A stretch of DNA of 64,000 nucleotides, from positions 66,667-130,666 of the forward strand of contig CALJEN010000005.1 in the NCBI GenBank assembly GCA_938073905.1, in the 5' to 3' direction. This stretch comes from an uncultured Sulfolobales archaeon. Lineage in GTDB: Archaea > Thermoproteota > Thermoprotei_A > Sulfolobales > NBVN01. Positions 26,562 to 35,439 of the stretch are shown one piece after another. Numbering within the stretch: position 1 is the stretch's first letter; each line of letters begins with the position of its first letter. The position numbers were made by a program, and so were the translations under genes. A model generated the notes under the pieces. It had not been told where the DNA came from. It did no database searches and saw only the letters and a program-made list of their open reading frames with translations.

Positions 26562-26695
26562 CACTCCGACCTCTCCGGTGCTCCCGTTCATCCCGAACAC
26601 CGCTGGAGGCTCGCTTTTCGCGGAGCCCCCGAATGAGAGCTCCCGAAACCACCATAGTCGAGAGCTCTCATCCCCGGCTCCTCCGGAGTCGTGCG
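26562..26695 (+). ncRNA. Candidate structured RNA or 5' leader upstream of the acetyl-CoA synthetase gene; family unknown
   Basis: The 5' end GCACUCCG pairs with CGGAG..GUGC at 26684-26694. Three internal hairpins are present, including a perfect 10-bp stem (26633-26642 with 26662-26671). There is no ORF. Confidence 0.3.
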
Positions 26696-26773
26696 GACGC
26701 GGCAGGCGTGTCACCGCACGTGTGCTGAGAGCGGTCTCCGAAAAGCCAAAAAGGCCTGACCGAATATCTCGCG

Positions 26774-28192
26774 GTGAGAGCTCTGGAACCGGTGAGCTTC
26801 GGGAAGTTCTTCGGCCCCCGGTCGATAGCTGTCGTCGGCGCCTCCGAGAGGCCGGGTACCATCGGTAGAGCCATAATGGTGAACCTGCTCGAGGCCTTCG
26901 GAGGAGAGGTGTACCCCGTAAACGTGAAATACGAGACGGTCTTCGGCTTGAGGTGCTACAAGAGCATCAGGGAGCTACCGAAGGCTCCCGACCTGGCCGT
27001 AATCGCCGTCCCCGCCGCGAGCACTCCCAGGATCGTCGAAGAGCTTTGCGAGCTCGGGGTAGGGTTTGCCATAGTGATCAGCGCAGGCTTCAAGGAGGTG
27101 GGGGAGGAGGGCGCGAGACTGGAGAGGGAGCTAGTGGAGAGGGCCCGGGCGTGCGGCATGAGGATCCTGGGCCCGAACTGCCTAGGAGTCTACGACGCCT
27201 GGAACAGGGTCAACACGATCTTCAACCCGGTGGACAGGCAGTCTATGCCCGGTCCGGGTCCCGTAGCCTTCATCTCCCAGTCCGGAGCTCTGGGAGCGGC
27301 CCTGCTCGACTGGCTGGCCGAGGCCGGGATCGGGATGAGCAAGTTCGTGAGCTACGGGAACGCGGCCGACGTGAAGGAGTGGGAGCTCATAGAGTACCTG
27401 GCGCAGGACGAGAAGACCAGGATCATAGCCGCCTACGTGGAGGGGGTCGAGGACGGGAGGAGGTTCGTGGAGAGCCTGAGGATGGCGCGAGCCGCCGGGA
27501 AGCCCGTCATCGTGCTGAAGGGGGGCAGGACGCAGTCCGGGACTCGGGCAGCAGTGTCGCACACGGGAGCCATGATCAGTAGCCCCGGGATCTTCCTCTC
27601 CGCCGCGAGACAGGCGGGAGCGATAGTGGCGGAAAGCGTGAGCGAGCTGGTCAACGTCTTGAAGCTCCTCGAGTGGTGCGGTCCTCCGAAGGGGAGGAGG
27701 CTCGCCATAGTGACCAACGGAGGAGGGGCCGGCGTCCTAGCGGCGGACGCCGCCGAGGCGGAGGGGTTGAGCTTGGCAACCCTATCTGAGGAGACCGTTG
27801 AGCACCTGAAGAGGGCGCTGCCACCAGCGGCGTCCCCACACAACCCTGTCGACGTCCTCGGTGACGCGCCTCCGGAGAGATACAGAGAGGCCGTCGACGC
27901 GGTGCTGGGGGACGCCGGGGTCGACTCGGTGGTGGTGATCACCCTGATGCAGTCGCCAGCGTTCGATCCGCCGAAGTTCATCGATCTGATGCGGGACGTG
28001 AGGGCCCGCGCGTCGAAGCCCATAGTCCTGGTAGCGCCCGGAGGTGAGTACGCGGTGAGGCACTCGAGGTCCATAGAGAGGGAGCTGAGGGTCCCGTGCT
28101 TCAGGTCCCCCGAGGAAGCCGTGAGGACCCTCAGGCTGGCCGCCGAGTGGTACGAGAGGAGCCAGAGGGGAGAGCACCATAGGCAACGTTAG
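26774..28192 (+). CDS. Acetyl-CoA synthetase (ADP-forming), alpha subunit / CoA-binding domain protein
   Basis: Shows SIAVVGASERPGTIG (CoA-binding), GPNCLGV and ISQSGALG. The architecture is that of the succinyl-CoA-synthetase-like alpha subunit. Confidence 0.85.
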   Translation: MRALEPVSFGKFFGPRSIAVVGASERPGTIGRAIMVNLLEAFGGEVYPVNVKYETVFGLRCYKSIRELPKAPDLAVIAVPAASTPRIVEELCELGVGFAIVISAGFKEVGEEGARLERELVERARACGMRILGPNCLGVYDAWNRVNTIFNPVDRQSMPGPGPVAFISQSGALGAALLDWLAEAGIGMSKFVSYGNAADVKEWELIEYLAQDEKTRIIAAYVEGVEDGRRFVESLRMARAAGKPVIVLKGGRTQSGTRAAVSHTGAMISSPGIFLSAARQAGAIVAESVSELVNVLKLLEWCGPPKGRRLAIVTNGGGAGVLAADAAEAEGLSLATLSEETVEHLKRALPPAASPHNPVDVLGDAPPERYREAVDAVLGDAGVDSVVVITLMQSPAFDPPKFIDLMRDVRARASKPIVLVAPGGEYAVRHSRSIERELRVPCFRSPEEAVRTLRLAAEWYERSQRGEHHRQR

Positions 28193-28217
28193 GGCCGACC
28201 TGCACGTCCACAGCTAC

Positions 28218-28916
28218 GTGAGCGATGGGGGGATGAGCCCGGAGGAGGCCGTCAAGCGCGCCGAGAGGCTGGGCCTGGGGGCGATCTCCGTAACCGACCA
28301 CAACACGTTCCTCGGGTCATACATCGCTCTGAGGAGGAGGAGTAGGGTCGTAGTCGTACCGGGTGCTGAGTTCGGGACGGAGCTGGGCGACGCGCTAGTT
28401 CTCTGCGAGCACGTGCCGACGAGCGCCGCGGCTCTGCTGAAGCGCGGAAGCAGGAGCCTGGAACGCGTGAGGTTCTCTTCGGTGGTGGAGCTAGCGGCCC
28501 GGGAGAACTGCGTCGTGGTGGCCGTCCACCCGTTCGCCATATTTAGGATGGGGGTCGGAAGGGCGTTCGGGCTGAGGTACTTCGACTGCGTGGAGGTCTA
28601 CAACTCCTCCTCGGACTTGGTGACCAACCTCTACGCGGCCTACGCGGCCCGCGGTGAGAGGTGCAGGGTCGCCGGGAGCGATGCCCACGTCCCGGAGATG
28701 GTGGGCTCCGCGTTCACCCTCGTAGAGGTGGACGCCCTGAGCGCCGAGGGGGTGCTCGAGGGTCTCAGGAAGGCGAGGACCAGACCGTGCTACAGCACGC
28801 CCACCTGGTTTCTCGCGTCCCTGAGCTCGACGAGGACCAGACTGCTCCACTCTCTCAGGCTCAGGCTCGGTCACTACGGTGATCCCTGGAGGAGGGTCTC
28901 CGCGTACCCGATATAG
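28218..28916 (+). CDS. PHP-domain metal-dependent phosphoesterase
   Basis: Contains SVTDHNT and AGSDAHV. The canonical first motif ADLHVHS is encoded in the same frame upstream (28194-28214), before any ATG/GTG/TTG, so the true start is probably non-canonical and near 28179-28191. Confidence 0.75.
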   Translation: MSDGGMSPEEAVKRAERLGLGAISVTDHNTFLGSYIALRRRSRVVVVPGAEFGTELGDALVLCEHVPTSAAALLKRGSRSLERVRFSSVVELAARENCVVVAVHPFAIFRMGVGRAFGLRYFDCVEVYNSSSDLVTNLYAAYAARGERCRVAGSDAHVPEMVGSAFTLVEVDALSAEGVLEGLRKARTRPCYSTPTWFLASLSSTRTRLLHSLRLRLGHYGDPWRRVSAYPI

Positions 28917-28982
28917 AGATCTCAAGAAAGGCGGTTCCCGGAGCCCGGATCCTCAAAGCCTCTTTCCTCGAAGAGAGCGGCC

Positions 28983-29288
28983 TCACCATCGATTCCGAGG
29001 CTCCGAGACCGTCCTCAGTATCTCCAGCCCCCTCTCGGTGACCTCGTAGACCTCGAGCCCCTCGTTGCTCTTGGTCACCTTGATCAAGCCGAGTCCCTCC
29101 AGTCTGCGGAGAGCCTCCTCTAGCTCCCCGCTGTAGTACCCGAAGCTGTACCTGATGAAGGTGAAGTCGGTATCCAGCACGCGCCTCTCCTGGAGCTCGT
29201 GGACTAGGTTGTGCAGGCCTATAGTGCTCTTAATGGGGCCGTGCCTGGCTACCACCCTGAGCACACTAATCTCCGAGGGCAGCCTCAT
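28983..29288 (-). CDS. Small winged-helix DNA-binding protein
   Basis: MRLPSEISVLRVVARHGP...LEGLGLIKV has a wHTH pattern. ATG 29288 lies 35 nt downstream of the palindromic GCTTTAAAGC box (29322-29331). The ORF track extends to GTG 29339. Confidence 0.5.
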   Translation of the reverse strand: MRLPSEISVLRVVARHGPIKSTIGLHNLVHELQERRVLDTDFTFIRYSFGYYSGELEEALRRLEGLGLIKVTKSNEGLEVYEVTERGLEILRTVSEPRNRW

Positions 29289-29416
29289 CTTCACCGCCCG
29301 GAGGCGCCCTAGCGTCGGCACGGCTTTAAAGCTGCGCACCTCATGGAGATTAAAAGCCTCGCGCGGGGATTTGTAGGAGGTGCGGAGAGCTGTCGTACTA
29401 CCTGACGAAGAGGGCC

Positions 29417-30130
29417 ATGGTGCGCTCCCTGCTGATCGGCCAGGGAGTGGTATGCCTCTTCATAGTGGTGAACCTCTTCGTCCCCCAAGAGTACCAGGGG
29501 CTAGTCATGACTCTGTACTTCGTATCGTTCATGTCAATATTCATGCTGACGTCGCTTAGGCAGAGAGCGAGGGGTTCCGACGTCCGAGAGATAGTCAGCG
29601 GGAGGAGGATCCTCGTGATAAAGCGGGAGGAGGTGACAGAGCTCCAGTCGAAGGACACAGAGCTGGTCGGCGAGCTCAAGCCCCTGCTCAAGGCCTCGGG
29701 GATCTCTATGATCTCCCTGGTACTAGTGATGCTGTGGTTCTTCCTCATATACCCCTCGCTCGTTCAGCGCCACCTCCCCTCGGGCGATGGCGCGGTCGAG
29801 CGCGTTATCGGGCTCCTGGTGCTCTACGAGGTGCCTATAGCGCTGTCCTTCTCTATCCAGTCCCTCAGCCGCAAGCTGGTCAGAAGGTACGTCAACGTCC
29901 TGAGGAGCGCCGAGGTCTACAGCACCGGGATAATAGGGGTGCCCGGGTTCGCCCTGAAGTTCCCCGTTCAGGGCTACGGCATCAGGGCGTGCCCGAGGAG
30001 GGGGTTCGTGGAGTTCGTGAAGAACGAGGGCGGTATCGAGGTGCTCTTCCGCGTCTACACGAGCAGCGTCGAGAGGCTCGCGGACGTGCTCTCGAGGTAC
30101 GGGAAGACTAAGGTCGACAAGATAGCGTGA
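29417..30130 (+). CDS. Hypothetical membrane protein
   Basis: Four hydrophobic segments plus a soluble C-terminal domain. Codon usage is genome-typical. I recognise no family. Confidence 0.45.
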   Translation: MVRSLLIGQGVVCLFIVVNLFVPQEYQGLVMTLYFVSFMSIFMLTSLRQRARGSDVREIVSGRRILVIKREEVTELQSKDTELVGELKPLLKASGISMISLVLVMLWFFLIYPSLVQRHLPSGDGAVERVIGLLVLYEVPIALSFSIQSLSRKLVRRYVNVLRSAEVYSTGIIGVPGFALKFPVQGYGIRACPRRGFVEFVKNEGGIEVLFRVYTSSVERLADVLSRYGKTKVDKIA

Positions 30131-30201
30131 GCCTCTCGCCCGCGATATCTGGGCCAAGCTCTTTTCCCAGCTTCCGCGCTGTCGCCCAGGGCCCCTGCGT
30201 T

Positions 30202-31644
30202 CTAGCTCCTGGAGCAGCGCACGGCCTCCTCGAGCGCTGCCCTGGAGAGCTTTCTGAGGCGTTCCGCGTCACCGGAGCTCACGATGGCATCTTCGTAGAG
30301 GAGCGTGTACCTGCGCCCGTCCATGATGCCCCTCAGGATCTCCGAGTACGTCAGGACCTTCACCTCGCTGTAGAAGTCGCTGTAAGTCCCCTCGAGGACT
30401 GGCACCGTATAGTGCTTTGCCAGGCACTTGCTCAAGCCCACGGGGTCGGCGCCGGGCTCCAGGAGACCCCTCGAGTCCGGCGGAGAGACTCTCCTTACGT
30501 ACTCTACGTACGCCGCGTAGACTCCTCTCGCGCTCCCCCTTTTGTACTCCTCTACCAGGTTCGCGATGGACCTCGCGGTCTTGAGGATGAAGCCCTCGAC
30601 GTATCTGCCCGGGTATCTGTCGACGTCGGAGTGATAGACGGGCTTGATGGAGTCGAGGTTGTGGAGCACGACCGAGGGTATCCCACTGTTCACCATGGAT
30701 ACGGCGTCCGTATACCCGGCACCCACGCTCGACCCGAGGCTCTTGACGAAGCTCAGCGCGGGCTCCACGCCGCGGACCCCCACGCAGTCTACGTTCACGG
30801 GCTCCGCGTAAGCGGTGTCGAGAACCACGGCCAGGTCGAGGTCCAGCTCACTGCCCATACGGTCTAGGTAGGCTCGCGAGCCGTAAGCCCAGTAGAATGA
30901 CCTCCTCGCGGGGTCGCCGAGCTCCTCCGCGGTGAAGCTGATGAGCCTCGCGGAGAGCCCTCTGCTCCTCAGCAGCCGCGCGAGCCTCAGGAGGATCAGA
31001 ACCCCTATGCTACTATCCCTGAAGCCGGTCAGCCAGCGGTCGTGGTGGGTCACGACGGCGACCTTGGGCTCCCCGGGCCCGACCACGGCGTCTACGACGT
31101 AGCCCAGGGACGTCCTCCTGAAGGTCTTGACGCGGATCGAGACCTCCCGAGCCCTCCTGAGCTTGGGTAGGGCCGTCAGCGGTAGGTGGACTGCCGGCTT
31201 CTCAGCTACGATCTCGGTTTCGAGGCTGTAGCTCGGGACCTCGTTGACCACTATCCTCCTCCTGCCAACGCCTGGGTACTCGTCGTAGAGTACTACCGCG
31301 GAAGCGCCCCTGCTAGCGCTGAGCCAGTAGGTCACCCACACGTTGTCCGGGTCCCTAGTGGTCGATGCGAGGGCCACATCCTCGCCCAGGATACCCGAGA
31401 CCTCCGCACTCTCGACTGGGGGCTGCGCGGTGCAGCCTATGTCGTTTACGGAGCACTCTACCTCTCCCCATTCCAACACCTCGATCGGGACCTTCTCGAC
31501 CGAGACGCCCTCGAGCTCGAGGCGCATCGCGAGGCTCTCGACCAGAGACTTCTCGGCGGATGAGCCCGCGATCACGTCGAGCACTGGAATAGCCCCGTAA
31601 GACCTTTCACGTCCTGTACCACTCGGGCCGGTGCGCTGCTCCAC
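30202..31644 (-). CDS. M28-family peptidase-like protein
   Basis: VTHHDRW and SFTAEELGD resemble the M28 zinc-ligand blocks (H/D ... EE). The start is uncertain. Confidence 0.6.
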   Translation of the reverse strand: MEQRTGPSGTGRERSYGAIPVLDVIAGSSAEKSLVESLAMRLELEGVSVEKVPIEVLEWGEVECSVNDIGCTAQPPVESAEVSGILGEDVALASTTRDPDNVWVTYWLSASRGASAVVLYDEYPGVGRRRIVVNEVPSYSLETEIVAEKPAVHLPLTALPKLRRAREVSIRVKTFRRTSLGYVVDAVVGPGEPKVAVVTHHDRWLTGFRDSSIGVLILLRLARLLRSRGLSARLISFTAEELGDPARRSFYWAYGSRAYLDRMGSELDLDLAVVLDTAYAEPVNVDCVGVRGVEPALSFVKSLGSSVGAGYTDAVSMVNSGIPSVVLHNLDSIKPVYHSDVDRYPGRYVEGFILKTARSIANLVEEYKRGSARGVYAAYVEYVRRVSPPDSRGLLEPGADPVGLSKCLAKHYTVPVLEGTYSDFYSEVKVLTYSEILRGIMDGRRYTLLYEDAIVSSGDAERLRKLSRAALEEAVRCSRS

Positions 31645-31831
31645 CTCGCTTCTTTAGGGTCTCCCCCCTGGCTAAGAACCCGGCGGCGAGAGTCAGAACC
31701 CCTATAGCTATGAGCAGGGCGTAGCCTAGGTCGACCCCGGACTCGTGCTCTCTGGGTGGAACCTCCGTAGCCGTGACCGTCACTAGAAGGGTCAACCCCC
31801 AGGGCGACAAGCGCGCTACTCCGCGCAGCAT
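31607..31831 (-). CDS. Possible small membrane protein (doubtful)
   Basis: A 74-codon ORF with two hydrophobic segments. It overlaps both neighbours and uses mixed CGN/AGR arginine codons. Confidence 0.25.
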   Translation of the reverse strand: MLRGVARLSPWGLTLLVTVTATEVPPREHESGVDLGYALLIAIGVLTLAAGFLARGETLKKRGGAAHRPEWYRT

Positions 31832-33039
31832 TTCTTGACGTACCCCGATACGTTCCTCCTGAGCTCCACCAACTCTCCGCCAGACACCCCCAGGAGGCTA
31901 CCCTCTTCCACTACCTTCCTACCACCCACGTAGGCCTCCGCCACGCTCCCGGAGACCGCTAGACTGGCGACCGGGTCCACGACCGGTCTCTCCACGGACC
32001 AGAGGACTATATCCGCCACTTCCCCGACCTCGATAAGGCCGCTTCCAATACTCAGGGCTCGATAGCCAGCCACGGTCGCTGCTTCGAAGAGCTCCCAGAA
32101 GTCCAGGTCTCCGCGGCCTATATGCAGGGCGAGGGCCATCGCGATCTCGTCGATGATGCTGTAGCTGGGGGAGACGTCCACCCCCAGGCCTACCCGAGCT
32201 CCCAGGTCTAGGTATCTCCTGACGGGCGCCGCGCCGTCCCTCAGGAGCGTGTTCGAGGTGGGGCAGTGCGCGACGGCTACGTTGGGGTGAACCAAGGAGC
32301 TGGCCGCCTCGGCGTCCAGCCACACAGCGTGCGCCACTATCGAGTTGACCCTGGTTAGTCCTACGAAGTCTATGAAGTCCCTCAAGCTCATTCCGTACCT
32401 CATCCTGAGGTGCTCGGAGTCCTCCGGGACTTCGGCGATGTGGGTGTGGATCCCGACTCCGAGCTCCTCGGCCCTGTCTACGACCTCCCTGAACTCCTCC
32501 GGGGACAGGAGCCTCGGAGTCGTGGGGCCGAGCCTGGCTCTCAGCAGGTCGCTCCCAGCTAGCTTCTTGACCAGCTCCATGTTCTCCGCTAGGGCTACGT
32601 CAAGGGACTCGTAGACCCCTCCCGACATCAGTGCGACGCTGAGGTCTCCCCTGATGCCCACTTTCAGGAGAGCCTCAGCGACCCTCTCCTCGTTGAAGTG
32701 CATGTCGGCTACGGCGGTCACGCCGCTCGGGACGAGCTCGGAGAGCGCGGTGACCGCCGAGGCGTAGCTCAGCTCGGGCTCTTGACGCAACATTCTCTCC
32801 CACGGCCACGCGTATCTAGACACCCACTCGTCTAGCCTCGCGCGGCCCGCGATGGTGGTTCTGATAGGGTAGAGACCCAGGTGGGTGTGGATGCTCGCGA
32901 GTCCGTGGGTCACTATCGTGTTCTCGGGAACTCCCCTCTCCTCCTCGATCCTGACGATCCTCTCGTCGAACACCACGCAGGCGTTCTCGACTACCCTCTG
33001 AGGGGACACTACGACGTACCGCCCGCAGAGCTCCTTCAT
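31816..33039 (-). CDS. Amidohydrolase-superfamily deaminase (MtaD / chlorohydrolase-like)
   Basis: The HxH motif is SIHTHLG, with further blocks HIAE and VAHC...GVDV. ATG 33039 overlaps the aglB stop as ATGA. The ORF-track extension to 33219 lies inside aglB. Confidence 0.8.
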   Translation of the reverse strand: MKELCGRYVVVSPQRVVENACVVFDERIVRIEEERGVPENTIVTHGLASIHTHLGLYPIRTTIAGRARLDEWVSRYAWPWERMLRQEPELSYASAVTALSELVPSGVTAVADMHFNEERVAEALLKVGIRGDLSVALMSGGVYESLDVALAENMELVKKLAGSDLLRARLGPTTPRLLSPEEFREVVDRAEELGVGIHTHIAEVPEDSEHLRMRYGMSLRDFIDFVGLTRVNSIVAHAVWLDAEAASSLVHPNVAVAHCPTSNTLLRDGAAPVRRYLDLGARVGLGVDVSPSYSIIDEIAMALALHIGRGDLDFWELFEAATVAGYRALSIGSGLIEVGEVADIVLWSVERPVVDPVASLAVSGSVAEAYVGGRKVVEEGSLLGVSGGELVELRRNVSGYVKKCCAE

Positions 33040-35405
33040 GGAGCCAGCCTCGGTCTGTAGACTGCCAGGAGCACGTAGGCGGAGTAGGGCCCCTGGGCGA
33101 ACAGCTGGGAGGTCGAGATGTAGACCGGCTCGAAGAGGGACATGCTCGGGTAGGGTATCGTTGGAGGGTTCCGAGGGTCTCTGTACGCGAACACCGCCCT
33201 GTAGCCGCCGGGCCCCCACACTCTGTACGCTGCGTCCAGGAGCATCTTGTAGAGCAGTACAGACGTGAGGTTTTGAGATGCCCAGTCCGGGAGGCCCACC
33301 GCCAACATCAGGTTGGGGTCTGTGTACACGTACACGGGAGGCTCCTTGCCGGCTATCTTGTATATGGCCGCTATCCCCTTAGCCGCGTCCGCTCCGAGCA
33401 TCCTGCCGCCCAAGACCAGCGGACCCGGGTAGAAGGAGAGCGTGGCCGCGTCCACTATGAACACCTCGTAGGCCACTACGTAGAGCCTGTCCGGCCTTAT
33501 CCTGAAGTACTCGACGAGAATGTCTAGAGCTCTCTCCTCCGGGCTCGTCAGAGCGTCGGCCAGGATCTCTATCTGGGTAGCGTTTATCGTCGCCCCGTCG
33601 GCCACCGAGGCCCTCTGACCGACGACGCTGATCCAGTAGCCGTAGTCCCACCAGGAGACCACCACGGAATCCTCCGGGGTGTTCTCCCTTATCCACCTGA
33701 GGGCGTCCAGCCACACGGGGGCCTCCACGTTGAGCCCCAGGGAGGCCTCGACTATGGTTGGCAGCTGGGTGCTGTAGGCCCTCACCCATATGGTCGACGA
33801 GTGGGAGACCAGCGAGATCAGGTAGATGCATATCAGTACCACGGAGACTATCCTGCTCAGAGTCCCCGACTTGCGGCTCACAGCACCGGAGATCAGCGCG
33901 TGCATGAGGTAGCCAGCCAGGACTGTGGCGGCCACGGCGAGGAGGTAGATGAAGTACGCGATGTTCAGCGTTCCCACCGCGGCGAGTGAGAAGAGGAGGA
34001 CTAGGAAGAGGTGCTCGTCTCTCAGACCGGAGCCTAGCGATGCTACGACGAGTCCCGCAGCCATGGTCGCCGACACCACGAACTGCGAAAGCGGTAGCTC
34101 CTGCCTTCCGTAAACCAGGGACGCTACGACCAGGGCTACCGCGAGGAGGAGTAAGTACCAGCCGTACCTAGCCTCCCTCCTCCTCGCGAGGCTGCTTAAG
34201 ACCAGGTAGACTATCGAGAACACCGCGAAGACCGCGACGATCCCCAGGCTCGCCAAGACTTCTTGAGCTCCCGAGGGCTGGTACTCGGCCACCGTCTCGA
34301 CGAGCACGTGCGTGAGAGTCCCGAGCCCGACCGCCGCGAAGGCCTTGCCCGCTAGAGCGAGCCCCCCGCTCACGACGACGTACAGGCCGGCTAGCCCGGC
34401 CAGAACTAGGAGCGCGAAGTATGTCAGCCTCGGTCTCTCGGAGAGCACTCCCAGGTACTCCGAGGCCCTGCTCTCCCCGAGCATGTAGACTAGGTAGCCG
34501 AGCGCGAGCATGAGCACGGACGCCGGTCCCAGCACTCCCACGGACCTGGTGACGTACCTGATCCCGTACGTGGGTGCCGCGAGCTGGAGAACGAGCAGCG
34601 GGGCGTACTCCAAGACCCAGAGCACCACGTCCCTAGCGCTAGGCCTCCTCACGAAGGGAACGAGCAGCACGTGGAGCGCCATTGCCGCGAACACCACGTT
34701 GAAGCCCGCCCAGCTCAGGGCGGACAGGCCGAGCGCGAGCCCGGCCAGGGAGGCGCTGAGGTAGTCCTTCCTCCTCCAGGCCCTCAGGTGGAAGAAGACC
34801 GCGAGAGGTATGAAGGCCAGACCCATGGAGTACTTGACGGTGAAGCCGGCGAGCTGCCTGCTGTTGAACAGCAGAGCGTAGCTGAGGGCAGCTAGCCCAG
34901 CGGGAGGGTCGGAGGATATCTCGCGCACGGCCAGGTACACGCCGACGGCGGCGACCGCGAAGAAGAGCGGCGGCAGGTAGACCATCCACTCGTAGAGCGT
35001 CAAGCTCGGGTCGAGCAGCCTAGCCAGCTGGTACGTCCCCACGGCGAAGAACGGGAGGCCTATGTAGACGCTGTGCGTGAAGTCTCTGCCCCACGGGTAC
35101 CAGAATATGCGCGTGACGTTGTTGTAGTGGTTGAGGTAGGTCAGGTAGTCGAGCCCGTGCTCCAGCAGCTGCTCGGCGACGAAGTACTCCTGGAACGGGT
35201 CGAGCTCGTAGAGGACTGGGCCGTAGCCGAGCTCCCTCGAGTTCCAGACTATCTGCAGCCTAAGGTACGAGCCGTAGGCCACCGAGAACACGAGGAGCGC
35301 CAGCCCCAGGGCCAGCCGGAACCTCCTGCTGGTCACCAGGCTCACCAGCCTTGCCTTGAGCTCGCGCCTCTCGACTTTCCTCTGGACGCCTCTGCTCAAC
35401 CGCAA
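33036..35405 (-). CDS. aglB: Archaeal oligosaccharyltransferase AglB (STT3 homolog)
   Basis: Has the WWDYGYW catalytic motif, a 13-TM-type N-terminal half and a soluble C-terminal domain. The TTG start lies 27 nt from the TATA box. Confidence 0.95.
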   Translation of the reverse strand: MRLSRGVQRKVERRELKARLVSLVTSRRFRLALGLALLVFSVAYGSYLRLQIVWNSRELGYGPVLYELDPFQEYFVAEQLLEHGLDYLTYLNHYNNVTRIFWYPWGRDFTHSVYIGLPFFAVGTYQLARLLDPSLTLYEWMVYLPPLFFAVAAVGVYLAVREISSDPPAGLAALSYALLFNSRQLAGFTVKYSMGLAFIPLAVFFHLRAWRRKDYLSASLAGLALGLSALSWAGFNVVFAAMALHVLLVPFVRRPSARDVVLWVLEYAPLLVLQLAAPTYGIRYVTRSVGVLGPASVLMLALGYLVYMLGESRASEYLGVLSERPRLTYFALLVLAGLAGLYVVVSGGLALAGKAFAAVGLGTLTHVLVETVAEYQPSGAQEVLASLGIVAVFAVFSIVYLVLSSLARRREARYGWYLLLLAVALVVASLVYGRQELPLSQFVVSATMAAGLVVASLGSGLRDEHLFLVLLFSLAAVGTLNIAYFIYLLAVAATVLAGYLMHALISGAVSRKSGTLSRIVSVVLICIYLISLVSHSSTIWVRAYSTQLPTIVEASLGLNVEAPVWLDALRWIRENTPEDSVVVSWWDYGYWISVVGQRASVADGATINATQIEILADALTSPEERALDILVEYFRIRPDRLYVVAYEVFIVDAATLSFYPGPLVLGGRMLGADAAKGIAAIYKIAGKEPPVYVYTDPNLMLAVGLPDWASQNLTSVLLYKMLLDAAYRVWGPGGYRAVFAYRDPRNPPTIPYPSMSLFEPVYISTSQLFAQGPYSAYVLLAVYRPRLAP

Positions 35406-35431
35406 ACCCTAGAAGGCGTGTCTCCCGAAAA

Positions 35432-35439
35432 GTTATAAG
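35432..35439. promoter_or_regulatory. Near-palindromic TATA box GTTATAAG, apparently bidirectional
   Basis: Lies 27 nt upstream of the aglB TTG (35405, - strand) and 27 nt upstream of position 35466 on the + strand. Confidence 0.5.

Noticed and set aside
26562-26695. 5S rRNA, suggested by CCCGUUCAUCCCGAAC, the roughly 133-nt length, an end-to-end closing helix and its own TATA box
   Set aside because: The near-universal GAAGUUAAGC segment after the CCGAAC loop is absent. The fold has three hairpins on the closing helix rather than the two-arm 5S architecture. I kept it as an unknown structured RNA instead.
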